64,000 bases of DNA from the NCBI GenBank assembly GCA_004764695.1, contig SMSO01000031.1, positions 224,436 through 288,435 of the forward strand, in the 5' to 3' direction. Origin of the DNA: Schizochytrium sp. TIO01 (taxonomy: Eukaryota > Protista > Bigyra: Labyrinthulomycetes). This document shows, in pieces, positions 10,232 through 20,175 of the stretch. Each line of letters starts with the position of its first letter. Position 1 is the stretch's first letter. The notes under the pieces are model-generated. The model worked only from the letters and a program-made list of their open reading frames with translations, ran no database searches and was not told where the DNA came from. The translations under genes were made by a program, and so were the position numbers.

Positions 10232-13200
10232 CTAGCGACTACCATAGTAAGAGGAATTCATCTGTTCTAGCTCTGCATGAGCCTCTTGACATATGTCTGA
10301 TGATGGAAATCTTTGATATGCTTCTGAAACTGCTTCGCGTGCACCTAGGCTGATTAGAATCCTGGACGATCTGTGATCAAGCATCAGAAAGAAAATTGCG
10401 GTACATGCGCTCTCTTGCAAACGTTCACTTTCTCGATGTGCGCGCATAGCATTGATAATATCTGCACCCGCATTTAAATCTTGTGCCAAGACCACTCTAT
10501 TGTGATCGCTACCTCCTGCAAGCTTGGCCAATATCAAGCATGCATTGACTTGCAAACCTTCATTCGTTCGATATGCGCGCATGGCGGCTAAGATCGCTGC
10601 AGCAACGTTCGAATCTTGTCCCGGGATTTCACTGTAGCGACCATTTGAGGCAAGATTCAGCAATGCCGCACATGCGTTGTATTGCACATTTTCAATCGTT
10701 GGATGCGTGCGCATGGCGGCCACAATTTCTGCGCCTATATTCAAACCTGGTCCTAGGATCTCACAGTTACGATCATTTGCAGCTAGATTTTGCAATGCCA
10801 TGCATGCTTTAATTTGTAAATCTGCATTCGTTCTGTGTGCGCGCATGGCGGCCAAAATCTCTGCTCCCACGTTCAAATCCTGTCCTAGAATCTCTCGGTT
10901 AAAATCGTTTTCAGCAAGATTCCTCAACAAGTCGCATGCTTTAATTTGCACGCCTGCATTCGTTCGGTGTTTGCGCATGGCGTCTATAATTTCTGCGCCA
11001 ACATTCAAATCTTGTCCCAGGAACTTTTGGTTGCGATCGTTTTCGGCAAGAAGACTTAATGCTGAGCATGCTAGCTCCTGGAAATCTGCATTCGTTCGAT
11101 GAGCGCGCATAGCAACCACAATCTCTGCGCCAACGTTCAAATCTTGTCCCAGGATCTCTCTGTTGCGATTGTTGTTTAAAGTGAAAATTACTATCCCTAC
11201 GCATGCAGCATGTTGCACGCCTAAACGTGTTCGATGTGAACGCATGGCAGCTACAATCTCTGCTCCCGCATTCAAATGTTGTATTAGGCTTTCGCAATTG
11301 CGACCATTCAGAGCAAGTCTCGCCAGCATGTCACACGCTTTAATTTGTAGATCTGAATTCGTTTGATGTGCGCGCATGGTGGCCACAATCTCTGCGCCCA
11401 CATTCAAATCTTGTCCCAGGATCTCTTTGTTGCGATCATTTACAGCAAGATTCTGCAATGCCCCACAAGCGTACTTTTGCACGTCTGCACTGGTTCGATG
11501 TGCGCGCATGGCGGCCACAATCTCTGCGCCCACATTCAAATCTTGTCCCAGGATCTCTCTGTTGCGATCATTCAAAGCAAGATTCATTAATGCCCCACAT
11601 GCATTTTCTTGCACGTCTGCATTTGTTCGATGTGCGCGCATGGCGGCCACAACTTCTGCACCTACATTTAAATCTTGTACCAGGATCTCTCTGTTGCGAT
11701 CACTATTGGCAGCTAGATTCTGAACTGCCATAAATGCGCTACTCTGTACGTCTGCACTCGCTCGATGTACTCGCATGGCGGCTACAATCTCTGATCCCAC
11801 GTTCAAATCTTGTCCCAGAGTGTCTTGGTTGCGATTATTCAGAGCCAGTTTTGTTAATAAGTCACACGCTTTAACTTGCACGCCTGCCTTTGTTCGGTGT
11901 TCGCGCATAGCGGCCACAATCTCTGCGCCAACGTTCAGATCTTGTCCCAGGATCTTTTGGTTACGATCATTTTCAGTAAGACTACTCAATGCAGAACATG
12001 CCACCTCCTGAAGGTACGCATTCGTACGATGAGCGCGCATAGCAGCCACAATGTCTGCGCCAACGTTCAAATCTTGTCCCAGGATCTCTCTGCTACGATC
12101 GTTGTTTGAAGAAAGAACTATTAAACCCAGGCATGCAGCATTTTGCACGCCCACACTTGTCCGATGTGCACGCATAGCGGCCACAATCTCTGCACCCACA
12201 TTTAAATCTTGCATTAGACTCTCACAATTACGAACATTCAGAGCAATCCTTGTCAGCATGTCACACGCTTTGATTTGCAGGTCTGCATTCGTTCGATGTG
12301 CGCGCATAGCGGCCACAACTTCTGCACCTACATTTAAATCTTGTACCAGGATCTCGCAGTTTTGAGGATTTTCAGTAAGGTTCAGCAATGCCTCGCACGC
12401 GTGTTCTTGCACGACTGCATTCGCTCGATGTTCGCGCATGGCAGCCACAATCTCTGCACCTACATTCAAATCTTGTCCCAGGGTCTCACAGTTGCGATCG
12501 TTTACTGCAAGATTACATACTGCTGCGCATCCCTGTTCTTGCACGTCTGCATTCATTCGATGTGCACGCATAGCAACCACAACCTTTGAGCCAACATTAA
12601 GATCTTGTACAAGAGCAACTCTGTTCCTATCATCAGTGAGCGCTAGGGTTCTCACGCAAGCACATGCAGGCCCCTGCACTGTCGAATCGCTCGCATGCTC
12701 TTGCATAATATCAACTAGTGTTCGGCCTAAGCCATAGGTTCTTATTGCTGCCTGGGTATACTCTTGAGCAGCTTCACCAAAGAAGACGAAATGAAACGTC
12801 CAAAGTGCTTCGGAAAGCACTTCTGGGTCACCATACTCCTCCTTTAAGATTCTCTGCAAATGAACAAGAATGCCGAGTTCACGAGCCTGTCTCCTGAGTT
12901 CATCGTGGCCCTCTTCAATTTGAGCAGCTTTGTATTCGTTTTCAAACATCTCGCGCAATCGCTTCAGAGTTCGCAACAACACATTTCGGTTGCCTCGTAT
13001 ACCCAGTTTTCCCACAAGATATCCCACCTCTTCAACTCCTTGTTTCGCAGATGTACGCTTATTTCTTCTTGACAGTCTATCGAAAATTTCTCTAACACGG
13101 CTGCTCGATCTGCGTTCAACACCTTGAGACTCTAATCTCTTCAGAACTTCCTCAGCAGTTGGTCGCTCTCCAGGCTTCCCGTCCCAACAAGACTTCATGA

Positions 13201-14572
13201 TGCGCACAACCCAGGGTTTCACCGGTATCTCGTCCGAAATCACAGGTCGCTCGCCTGCGAGAACCATACTTTCAAGCTCTCCTGGGTGATACAATAGATG
13301 CTCATATGGCGTCTCCTCATGATATATCTCCCACACAATCACGCCTAGAGAATAGATGTCTGCCTTTGTTGTCCAGCGAGCAGGCGCTTGAAGTACTTCT
13401 GGAGCCATGTACATGGGGGTTCCAGCCACCGATATGGTCTCTACCAAGGTTGTATTCGGGCTTGTTTTGGCAGCAAGACCAAAGCCCGCAAGTTTCACCA
13501 GGGCCAAGTCTCGACTGAGGAGTACCTTTGCTGGCTTTAGATCACGATGAATCACATTTTCACTATGAAGATAGCAGAGTCCGCGTGTGATGCCGCGCAG
13601 AATGACCTCTTTATCATCTAGACTAAGTACAGGGCATGTTTCAACTCCTTTGAACTTGTACAGCAGATCCTCCAAAGACAAGTCGCATCTGTCCATGACC
13701 AGATGGAGCTTGTTTTGGATGATGCACGTCCCAAGAAGGCAGACAATGTTTTTGTGATGCAGTTCACGACAGCTTTGAGCTTCGGCAAGTAGTGCACGCT
13801 GTCCAGTAAGTTGAAGACGGCCGCGCATTTCTCGAACTCGCTTGATCGCGACTGGTCTATCGTCGCTACCTTCGTGGTGTAGAACACCTGATACGACCTG
13901 ACCGAAGCTACCTTCACCAAGAATCTGTTCTGGAAAATCTATGGTGACTTTCCCTTGTGCAATAGTGGCCATCTCAGACTCCTGCAGGTCTCGTATTAGA
14001 CAGAGAAAGGCGTCAAGGTCCCGTCGCTGCCTACGCGTCCCCGCCCGACCTTCTAGAATATCTGCAAGGCTAAGATCAGGGCGGTCTTCGAGGATCTGCA
14101 ATATGGGTCTAGCTTGATCATAGCCATATTCTTGGTAATATTTTATTTTCGTTTTCAGGTTCTGGAGGTCTTCTTCAACGTCGCTAATCTCCATTTGCTC
14201 AATGGGTTCAGACGGCGTCGGCAACTGAAAGCGGATGCGACAGACTTTGATCATGGTCTGCAAGCGTTGCTCTGCATCTGAGAGCCGTTGACTGGCGCGC
14301 TTGGTGTATATGAGTTGTAACACTACGGAGGAGTTGTCTGCACTCGTGTCAAAAGACTCGCTTAGAGGATCAAGAATGTCGCGTAGAGTAGCCTCGACCA
14401 GCATAAAATTGATGTCCGCATGTTGAAGGGGCTTCAGAAACCTAGAAAACTTGCTGACGACATTGTTAAGATGGGCAGCTTTTCGACGGCACATGTTTGT
14501 ATGTTCGAGAAGCTTTGATACATCACTTGCCAGCTGCAGCGATGAAGTGAAGCTCTGCGGAATGCTTGGCAT
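10232..14572 (-). CDS. MLKL-like 4HB/brace - TKL pseudokinase - 17 ARM repeats (paralog A, 1446 aa)
   Basis: Start MPSIPQSF at 14572 aligns with the paralog B start. GEGSFG, VAIK and APE motifs are present, but the catalytic loop is HRDLKPAK and DFG is replaced by GFG. 17 AMRxH-type repeats; C-terminal cap LGAREAVS..RFPSS.IC.EA shared with B. Confidence 0.9.
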   Translation of the reverse strand: MPSIPQSFTSSLQLASDVSKLLEHTNMCRRKAAHLNNVVSKFSRFLKPLQHADINFMLVEATLRDILDPLSESFDTSADNSSVVLQLIYTKRASQRLSDAEQRLQTMIKVCRIRFQLPTPSEPIEQMEISDVEEDLQNLKTKIKYYQEYGYDQARPILQILEDRPDLSLADILEGRAGTRRQRRDLDAFLCLIRDLQESEMATIAQGKVTIDFPEQILGEGSFGQVVSGVLHHEGSDDRPVAIKRVREMRGRLQLTGQRALLAEAQSCRELHHKNIVCLLGTCIIQNKLHLVMDRCDLSLEDLLYKFKGVETCPVLSLDDKEVILRGITRGLCYLHSENVIHRDLKPAKVLLSRDLALVKLAGFGLAAKTSPNTTLVETISVAGTPMYMAPEVLQAPARWTTKADIYSLGVIVWEIYHEETPYEHLLYHPGELESMVLAGERPVISDEIPVKPWVVRIMKSCWDGKPGERPTAEEVLKRLESQGVERRSSSRVREIFDRLSRRNKRTSAKQGVEEVGYLVGKLGIRGNRNVLLRTLKRLREMFENEYKAAQIEEGHDELRRQARELGILVHLQRILKEEYGDPEVLSEALWTFHFVFFGEAAQEYTQAAIRTYGLGRTLVDIMQEHASDSTVQGPACACVRTLALTDDRNRVALVQDLNVGSKVVVAMRAHRMNADVQEQGCAAVCNLAVNDRNCETLGQDLNVGAEIVAAMREHRANAVVQEHACEALLNLTENPQNCEILVQDLNVGAEVVAAMRAHRTNADLQIKACDMLTRIALNVRNCESLMQDLNVGAEIVAAMRAHRTSVGVQNAACLGLIVLSSNNDRSREILGQDLNVGADIVAAMRAHRTNAYLQEVACSALSSLTENDRNQKILGQDLNVGAEIVAAMREHRTKAGVQVKACDLLTKLALNNRNQDTLGQDLNVGSEIVAAMRVHRASADVQSSAFMAVQNLAANSDRNREILVQDLNVGAEVVAAMRAHRTNADVQENACGALMNLALNDRNREILGQDLNVGAEIVAAMRAHRTSADVQKYACGALQNLAVNDRNKEILGQDLNVGAEIVATMRAHQTNSDLQIKACDMLARLALNGRNCESLIQHLNAGAEIVAAMRSHRTRLGVQHAACVGIVIFTLNNNRNREILGQDLNVGAEIVVAMRAHRTNADFQELACSALSLLAENDRNQKFLGQDLNVGAEIIDAMRKHRTNAGVQIKACDLLRNLAENDFNREILGQDLNVGAEILAAMRAHRTNADLQIKACMALQNLAANDRNCEILGPGLNIGAEIVAAMRTHPTIENVQYNACAALLNLASNGRYSEIPGQDSNVAAAILAAMRAYRTNEGLQVNACLILAKLAGGSDHNRVVLAQDLNAGADIINAMRAHRESERLQESACTAIFFLMLDHRSSRILISLGAREAVSEAYQRFPSSDICQEAHAELEQMNSSYYGSR
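10360..12620 (-). repeat. Intragenic tandem array of 132/135-bp ARM-coding repeats (17 units, moderately diverged)
   Basis: Recurrent CGCATGGCGGCCACAATCTCTGC...AAATCTTGTCCCAGGATC at about 132-bp spacing. Confidence 0.95.
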
Positions 14573-15423
14573 GATTGTGAGTACGTGCGAGACTTGAGTA
14601 GATCCCCCAGCCTGGTGGGTCTGAAAAAGGTTTGCTGGTTCATGAGCAACCTCTCCAAGTTTCACAGGACCTATGATATACTCCAATATGATTATTCTGT
14701 ACCTAAGATAAGCGTTTGTGCATGGGGTAAGTGGCAATTAGTAAACAGTAGGTGTCGTCTATCTGATTCCTACGTTCAGCTCGTAATATTTCCTTGGTTT
14801 TTTATTTAATTCAAGAGCGCTAGTGCACACCTTAAGCCTATCTAGTAAAAACCTAAGCATTGTTAAACCCTTGACATAAATAGTACTTCCTATTTTGTAT
14901 ATGAATCAAATAATATTTTAAAAAAAGAAAAGGAAAAAAAAGCTTTTTTTAAAAAGATTTCCCCTTTTCAATTTCCTGGAGATTTTATTTAGCCATCGAT
15001 GAGAGTTTCCATTGTTAAGGTGCTCGTTAGTCCCAACCATTGAGAATTCTATGGAATTTTTAGCTTGTGGTTTAAGTTATAGAAAACTGGTAGAGGTAAG
15101 GCTGCTGTGCTCTCTCTCTCTCACCATTCCGGAGATCGTCGGCGTAGCGCTGTGCTGTGACTCATAGTACTGCAAATGCTGCAGGTCCATGTATCTCCTG
15201 CGATTTCAGGACTCTCAAGGCAATTCCCATTTCTTCTACTTCTTTCAAAAATAAAACTTGATCCCATTCTTTGGTGTAATACCCATTTTCTTGTCACCAA
15301 ATCGCATATATAATAAAACTTGAAGACTAAATGTATATATAAACTTTTGAATTAATTTTAAGAGTTAAAAAAATGAACATGAAACAGAGAGCAAAAGCGT
15401 AATTTCTACCTCAATGGGAAAGA

Positions 15424-18400
15424 TCATTTGAATCTTCTAAAAGCTTCCTTGCATATGCTCGATGACGGAAATCTTCGGTGTGAGTCCGAAACACACTCAC
15501 GTGCACCCAACTTTTTAAGAATCCGAAGCACTTTACCATTGTACGATAAGTTTAAAATCGCCCCACATGCTTGTTCTTGCACGCCTGCATTGGTTCGATG
15601 TGCGCGCATGGCGGCCACAATCTCTGCGCCCACATTCAAATCTTGTCCCAGGATCTCTTTGTTGCGATCATTTGCAGCAAGATTCCACAATGCCGCGCAT
15701 GCTTTTTCTTGCACGTCTGCATTGGTTCGATGTGCGCGCATGGCGGCCACAATCTCTGCGCCCACATTCAAATCTTGTCCCAGGATCTCTTGGTTGCGAT
15801 CATTTACAGCAAGATTCCACAATGCCCCACATGCGTACTTTTGCACGTCTGCATTGGTTCGATGTGCGCGCATGGCGGCCACAATCTCTGCGCCCACATT
15901 CAAATCTTGTCCCAGGATCTCTTTGTTGCGAGCATTTACAGCAAGAATCCACAATGCCCCACATGCTTTTTCTTGCACGCCTGCATTGGTTCGATGTGCG
16001 CGCATGGCGGCCACAATCTCTGCGCCCACATTCAAATCTTGTCCCAGGATCTCTTTGTTGCGAGCATTTACAGCAAGAATCCACAATGCCCCGCATGCAT
16101 TTTTTTGCACGCCTGCATTGGTTCGATGTGCGCGCATGGCAGCCACAATCTCTGCGCCCACATTCAAATCTTGTCCCAGGATCTCTCTGTTGCGATCATT
16201 CACAGCAAGATTCCACAATGCCGCGCATGCTTGTTCTTGCACGTCTGCATTGGTTCGATGTGCGCGCATGGCGGCCACAATGTCTGCGCCCACATTCAAA
16301 TCTTGTCCCAGGATCTCTTTGTTGCGAGCATTTACAGCAAGAATCCACAATGCCCAACATGCTTTTTCTTGCACGCCTGCATTGGTTCGATGTGCGCGCA
16401 TGGCGGCCACAATCTCTGCACCCACATCCAAATCTTGTCCCAGGATCTCTTTGTTGCGATCATTATTGGCAGCAAGATTCATCAATGCCCAACATGCATT
16501 TTCTTGCACGCCTGCATTGGTTCGATGTGCGCGCATGGCGGCCACAATCTCTGCGCCCACATTCAAATCTTGTCCCAGGATCTCTCTGTTGCGATCATTA
16601 TAAGCAAGATTCATCAATGCCCCACATGCTTTTTCTTGCACGCCTGCATTGGTTCGATGTGCGCGCATGGCGGCCACAATGTCTGCGCCCACATCCAAAT
16701 CTTGTCCCGGGATCTCTCTGTTGTTATCATTATAAGCAAGATTCATCAATGCCCAACATGCATTTTCTTGCACGCCTGCATTGGTTCGATGTGCGCGCAT
16801 GGCGGCCACAATCTCTGCGCCCACATTCAAATCTTGTCCCAGGATCTCTCTGTTGCGATCATTCACAGCAAGATTCCACAATGCCGCGCATGCTTGTTCT
16901 TGCACGTCTGCATTGGTTCGATGTGCGCGCATGGCGGCCACAATCTCTGCGCCCACATTCAAATCTTGTCCCAGGATCTCTGTGTTGCGATCATCTACAG
17001 CAAGATTCCACAATGCCGCGCATGCTTGTTCTTGCACGTCTGCATTGGTTCGATGTGCGCGCATGGCGGCCACAATCTCTGCGCCCACATTCAAATCTTG
17101 TCCCAGGATCTCAGCGTTGTGATTATTATTGTGGACAAGAACAAACAACGTCACACATGCATTTTCTTGCACGCCTGCATTGGTTCGATGTGCGCGCATG
17201 GCGGCCACAATCTCTGCGCCCACATTCAAATCTTGTCCCAGGATCTCTCTGTTGCGATCATTGAAAGCAAGAATCCACAATGCCCCACATGCTTTTTCTT
17301 GCACGCCTGCATTGGTTCGATGTGCGCGCATGGCGGCCACAATCTCTGCGCTCACATTCAAATCTTGTACTAGTGTAATTTGGTTCTTTGTATTACGGAA
17401 CGCGAGGGTCTTCACGCAAGCACATGCTGCGGCCTGCACTGCTGATTCGCTCGCGTGCTCTTGCATAATCCTGACCAGCACAGGGCCTATACCATAGGTT
17501 TCCATTGCTGCCTCAGCATATTCCGTAGCAGCTTCACCAACAAATGCGAAGAAATATGCCCAAAGTGCTTCGGAAATCAATTCTGCATCGTGTTCTTCAT
17601 CCTTTAAGATTTTCACCAAATGAACAAGAATACCTCGTTCACGAACTTCTCTCCTCAGTTGATCGTGACCTCCTTCAGCCTGATCCGAGTCGAATTCTGC
17701 TTCTAAAACCTCGTGCAAAAGCTGTACCGTTCGTAACAAATCACTTCGCTCGCCTCGCTCAGACAAATCTCGAACAAGGCCTTGAACCATTTCGACATTT
17801 ACACTATGTTTGGCTGATGTGCGATGGTTGCGTCTTAAGAATGCACCAGCAAGTCCGCGGATAAGGCGGCTCGAGCGACGCTCAACACCTCGAGACTCCA
17901 ATCTCTTCAGAACCTCCTCAGCAGTAGGTCTATTCCCAGGCTCATCATCCCAACAAGACTCCATGATGCGGACAACCCAGAGTTTCACCGGTACATCATC
18001 GGATATTGCAGGACGCTCGCCTGCGAGAACTCTGCTTTCAAGCTCTCCTGGGTGATACAAAAGATGCTCATATGGCGTCTCCTCGTGGTATATCTCCCAC
18101 ACGATCACGCCAAGAGAATAGATGTCTGCCTTTGTTGTCCAGCGAGCAGGCGCTTGAAGTACTTCTGGAGCCATGTACACGGGGGTTCCAGCCACAGATA
18201 TGGTCTCTGCCAAGGTTGTATTCGGGCTTGTTTTGGCAGCAAGACCGAAGTCCGCAAGTTTCACCAAGCCTAAGTTTCGACTGAGGAGTACATTGGCTGG
18301 CTTCAGATCACGATGAATCACATTTTCACTATGAAGATAGCAAAGCCCACGCGTGATACCGCGCAGAATCGCCTCTTTATCATCTAGACCGACAGTAGCA

Positions 18401-19338
18401 AGTGTGCCACTCGGCTTGGTCTCGTACAGCAGATCATCCAAAGACAAGTCACATCTGTCCATGACCAAATGAAACCGGTTTTGGATGATGCACGTCCCGA
18501 GAAGGCAAACGATGTTCTTGTGATTCAACCCCTGCCAGCTTTGGGCTTCTTCAATCAACGCCTTCTGTTCAGCAAGTTGAAGCCTCCCGCGAGCCTGACG
18601 CACTCGTTTGATCGCGACTGCTGTATCGTTTCTACCTTCGTCATGCAGAACACCTGATACGACTTGCCCAAAGCTGCCTTCACCGAGAATGTGTTCTGGA
18701 AAATCTATCGTGACCCTTTCACGAGGTAATGTGGCCATCTCGGACTCCTGCGTTTCTCGCAGTACGCTAGTAAACTCTTGCAAAGCTTGTCGCTGTCTGC
18801 GCGTTCCAGCACGACCCTCTATGATATCTGCGAGACTGATGCCCGGGTGGTCTTTGAGTATTAATAGAATGGCTTCAATGTGGTCGTGGTCATGGTTTTG
18901 ATATTGTTTGATCATGTTTTCAAGGCAGATATGGTCTTCCTCAGCATCGTCGAGGTCCATTTGCTCGCTGGATGCAGGCGGTGGCGGAATCTCAAAGCGA
19001 ATTCGGCAGATCTGGATCAACGTTTGCAAGCGCTGCTCGACATCTGAGAGCACTTGAGCAGCTCGTTTGGTGTCCATGAGTTGTAGAATGACAGTGGAGT
19101 CGCTCTGACCAGGATCAAAGAACTCACGCAGCAGCGTGATGATGTTGCGTAGACTGGCCTCGACCTGAATAAAGTTGATATCAGCATTGTGGAGGGGCTC
19201 CAGAAAACTGGCAAGCTTGCTAAAGACATTGTTGAGGTGTGCAGCTCTTCTATGGCATGTGTTAGTATGCTCGAGAAGTGTCGCACCCTCGCGTGCGAGC
19301 TGGAGCGAAGAAGCGAAGCTTGGCGGAACGCTCGGCAT
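15424..19338 (-). CDS. MLKL-like 4HB/brace - active TKL kinase - 14 near-identical ARM repeats (paralog B, 1304 aa)
   Basis: Intact GEGSFG, VAIK, alphaC Glu, HRDLKPAN, DFG, GTPVYMAPE and DIYSLG. An in-frame TAA shortly upstream supports ATG 19338 as the start. 14 copies of AAMRAHRTNA. Confidence 0.92.
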   Translation of the reverse strand: MPSVPPSFASSLQLAREGATLLEHTNTCHRRAAHLNNVFSKLASFLEPLHNADINFIQVEASLRNIITLLREFFDPGQSDSTVILQLMDTKRAAQVLSDVEQRLQTLIQICRIRFEIPPPPASSEQMDLDDAEEDHICLENMIKQYQNHDHDHIEAILLILKDHPGISLADIIEGRAGTRRQRQALQEFTSVLRETQESEMATLPRERVTIDFPEHILGEGSFGQVVSGVLHDEGRNDTAVAIKRVRQARGRLQLAEQKALIEEAQSWQGLNHKNIVCLLGTCIIQNRFHLVMDRCDLSLDDLLYETKPSGTLATVGLDDKEAILRGITRGLCYLHSENVIHRDLKPANVLLSRNLGLVKLADFGLAAKTSPNTTLAETISVAGTPVYMAPEVLQAPARWTTKADIYSLGVIVWEIYHEETPYEHLLYHPGELESRVLAGERPAISDDVPVKLWVVRIMESCWDDEPGNRPTAEEVLKRLESRGVERRSSRLIRGLAGAFLRRNHRTSAKHSVNVEMVQGLVRDLSERGERSDLLRTVQLLHEVLEAEFDSDQAEGGHDQLRREVRERGILVHLVKILKDEEHDAELISEALWAYFFAFVGEAATEYAEAAMETYGIGPVLVRIMQEHASESAVQAAACACVKTLAFRNTKNQITLVQDLNVSAEIVAAMRAHRTNAGVQEKACGALWILAFNDRNREILGQDLNVGAEIVAAMRAHRTNAGVQENACVTLFVLVHNNNHNAEILGQDLNVGAEIVAAMRAHRTNADVQEQACAALWNLAVDDRNTEILGQDLNVGAEIVAAMRAHRTNADVQEQACAALWNLAVNDRNREILGQDLNVGAEIVAAMRAHRTNAGVQENACWALMNLAYNDNNREIPGQDLDVGADIVAAMRAHRTNAGVQEKACGALMNLAYNDRNREILGQDLNVGAEIVAAMRAHRTNAGVQENACWALMNLAANNDRNKEILGQDLDVGAEIVAAMRAHRTNAGVQEKACWALWILAVNARNKEILGQDLNVGADIVAAMRAHRTNADVQEQACAALWNLAVNDRNREILGQDLNVGAEIVAAMRAHRTNAGVQKNACGALWILAVNARNKEILGQDLNVGAEIVAAMRAHRTNAGVQEKACGALWILAVNARNKEILGQDLNVGAEIVAAMRAHRTNADVQKYACGALWNLAVNDRNQEILGQDLNVGAEIVAAMRAHRTNADVQEKACAALWNLAANDRNKEILGQDLNVGAEIVAAMRAHRTNAGVQEQACGAILNLSYNGKVLRILKKLGARECVSDSHRRFPSSSICKEAFRRFK
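15540..17380 (-). repeat. Intragenic tandem array of 14 near-identical 132-bp (two are 135-bp) ARM-coding repeats
   Basis: GCGCGCATGG recurs at 15602, 15734 and onward (132-bp period); the scaffold is nearly invariant at the nucleotide level. Confidence 0.97.
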
Positions 19339-20175
19339 GCTTATGGGTGCTTGCTTAAGTTAGGCCTTGCTGGAGAAGTGGAAATGCATTGAAGTTGGTC
19401 GCCCTCGAAGAAGGTCTGCTCATGCATCAGCAGCCCATTTCTCAACATGCACGGACCTACGCAAGTACCTACTAGTAGCTACTGTTAGCTGCGAGAATTA
19501 ATATGTATGCGGTGTGTAATATTTTATTTCAGTCATGACTGATCATTCTTTCGAATGAACATTAGCAATGTTAGCTGTACTTTATACTAGTTTTAATAGA
19601 AATCAACACATATAGGTGTGTACTCCTGGATGGAAGCACTTTCTGTTCGGTTTATTTGTTTTCTAAACTTAAAAAAAAAAGATAAAATGATGCGTCACAC
19701 TTGAAGCGTCCCATACGAAACACGCAATGAGATGGTACGCACTTGCTACTTAGCTATTAGCAATGTTGTACCATAATGGGATCTAATGAGAAGGATTTAA
19801 GCGAGATGGTCCTGGCCTGAGTTTCTGCGCAGGATGAAAGGTGTCACACTATAGAGAGCAATGAGCGTTCCATGTTGGAATTATGCATGGAGCCACTCTT
19901 AATTTAAAAGAAAATGAACAGAAATAAAGATACATAAACAATCTTGAGTCCTTACTACCTTCTATGCATCTTTCGATGTAGGCAAGAGCTGAAAAATTCA
20001 ACATTCCTTTTTTAAATATTAATTTGTGGTTTTAGCCTCTAGAGTTTGCTTTCAACTTTTAAATGGTTTTCAAAGTTTTCTTTTATTTAGAAATAACCTT
20101 TTCAAATAAAGCCTCCAGCAGACAAAGATAATTCCTTAGCAATAGAAAGACTTTTAATTTTAAAGTCAGGTCATA

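Noticed and set aside
14573-14737. 55-aa N-terminal extension of paralog A in the ORF track
   Set aside because: Paralog B starts at the equivalent MPS methionine with an in-frame stop just upstream, so the extension is probably 5' UTR.
15428-17373. Long plus-strand ORFs in all three frames (391, 565 and 600 aa) over the ARM array
   Set aside because: These are antisense shadows of a repeat whose length is a multiple of 3 and whose unit lacks antisense stops. The minus-strand frame is continuous with the kinase.
15540-17380. CRISPR-like look (constant blocks alternating with variable blocks)
   Set aside because: The variable parts are homologous to each other and in frame within a eukaryotic gene; there are no cas genes.
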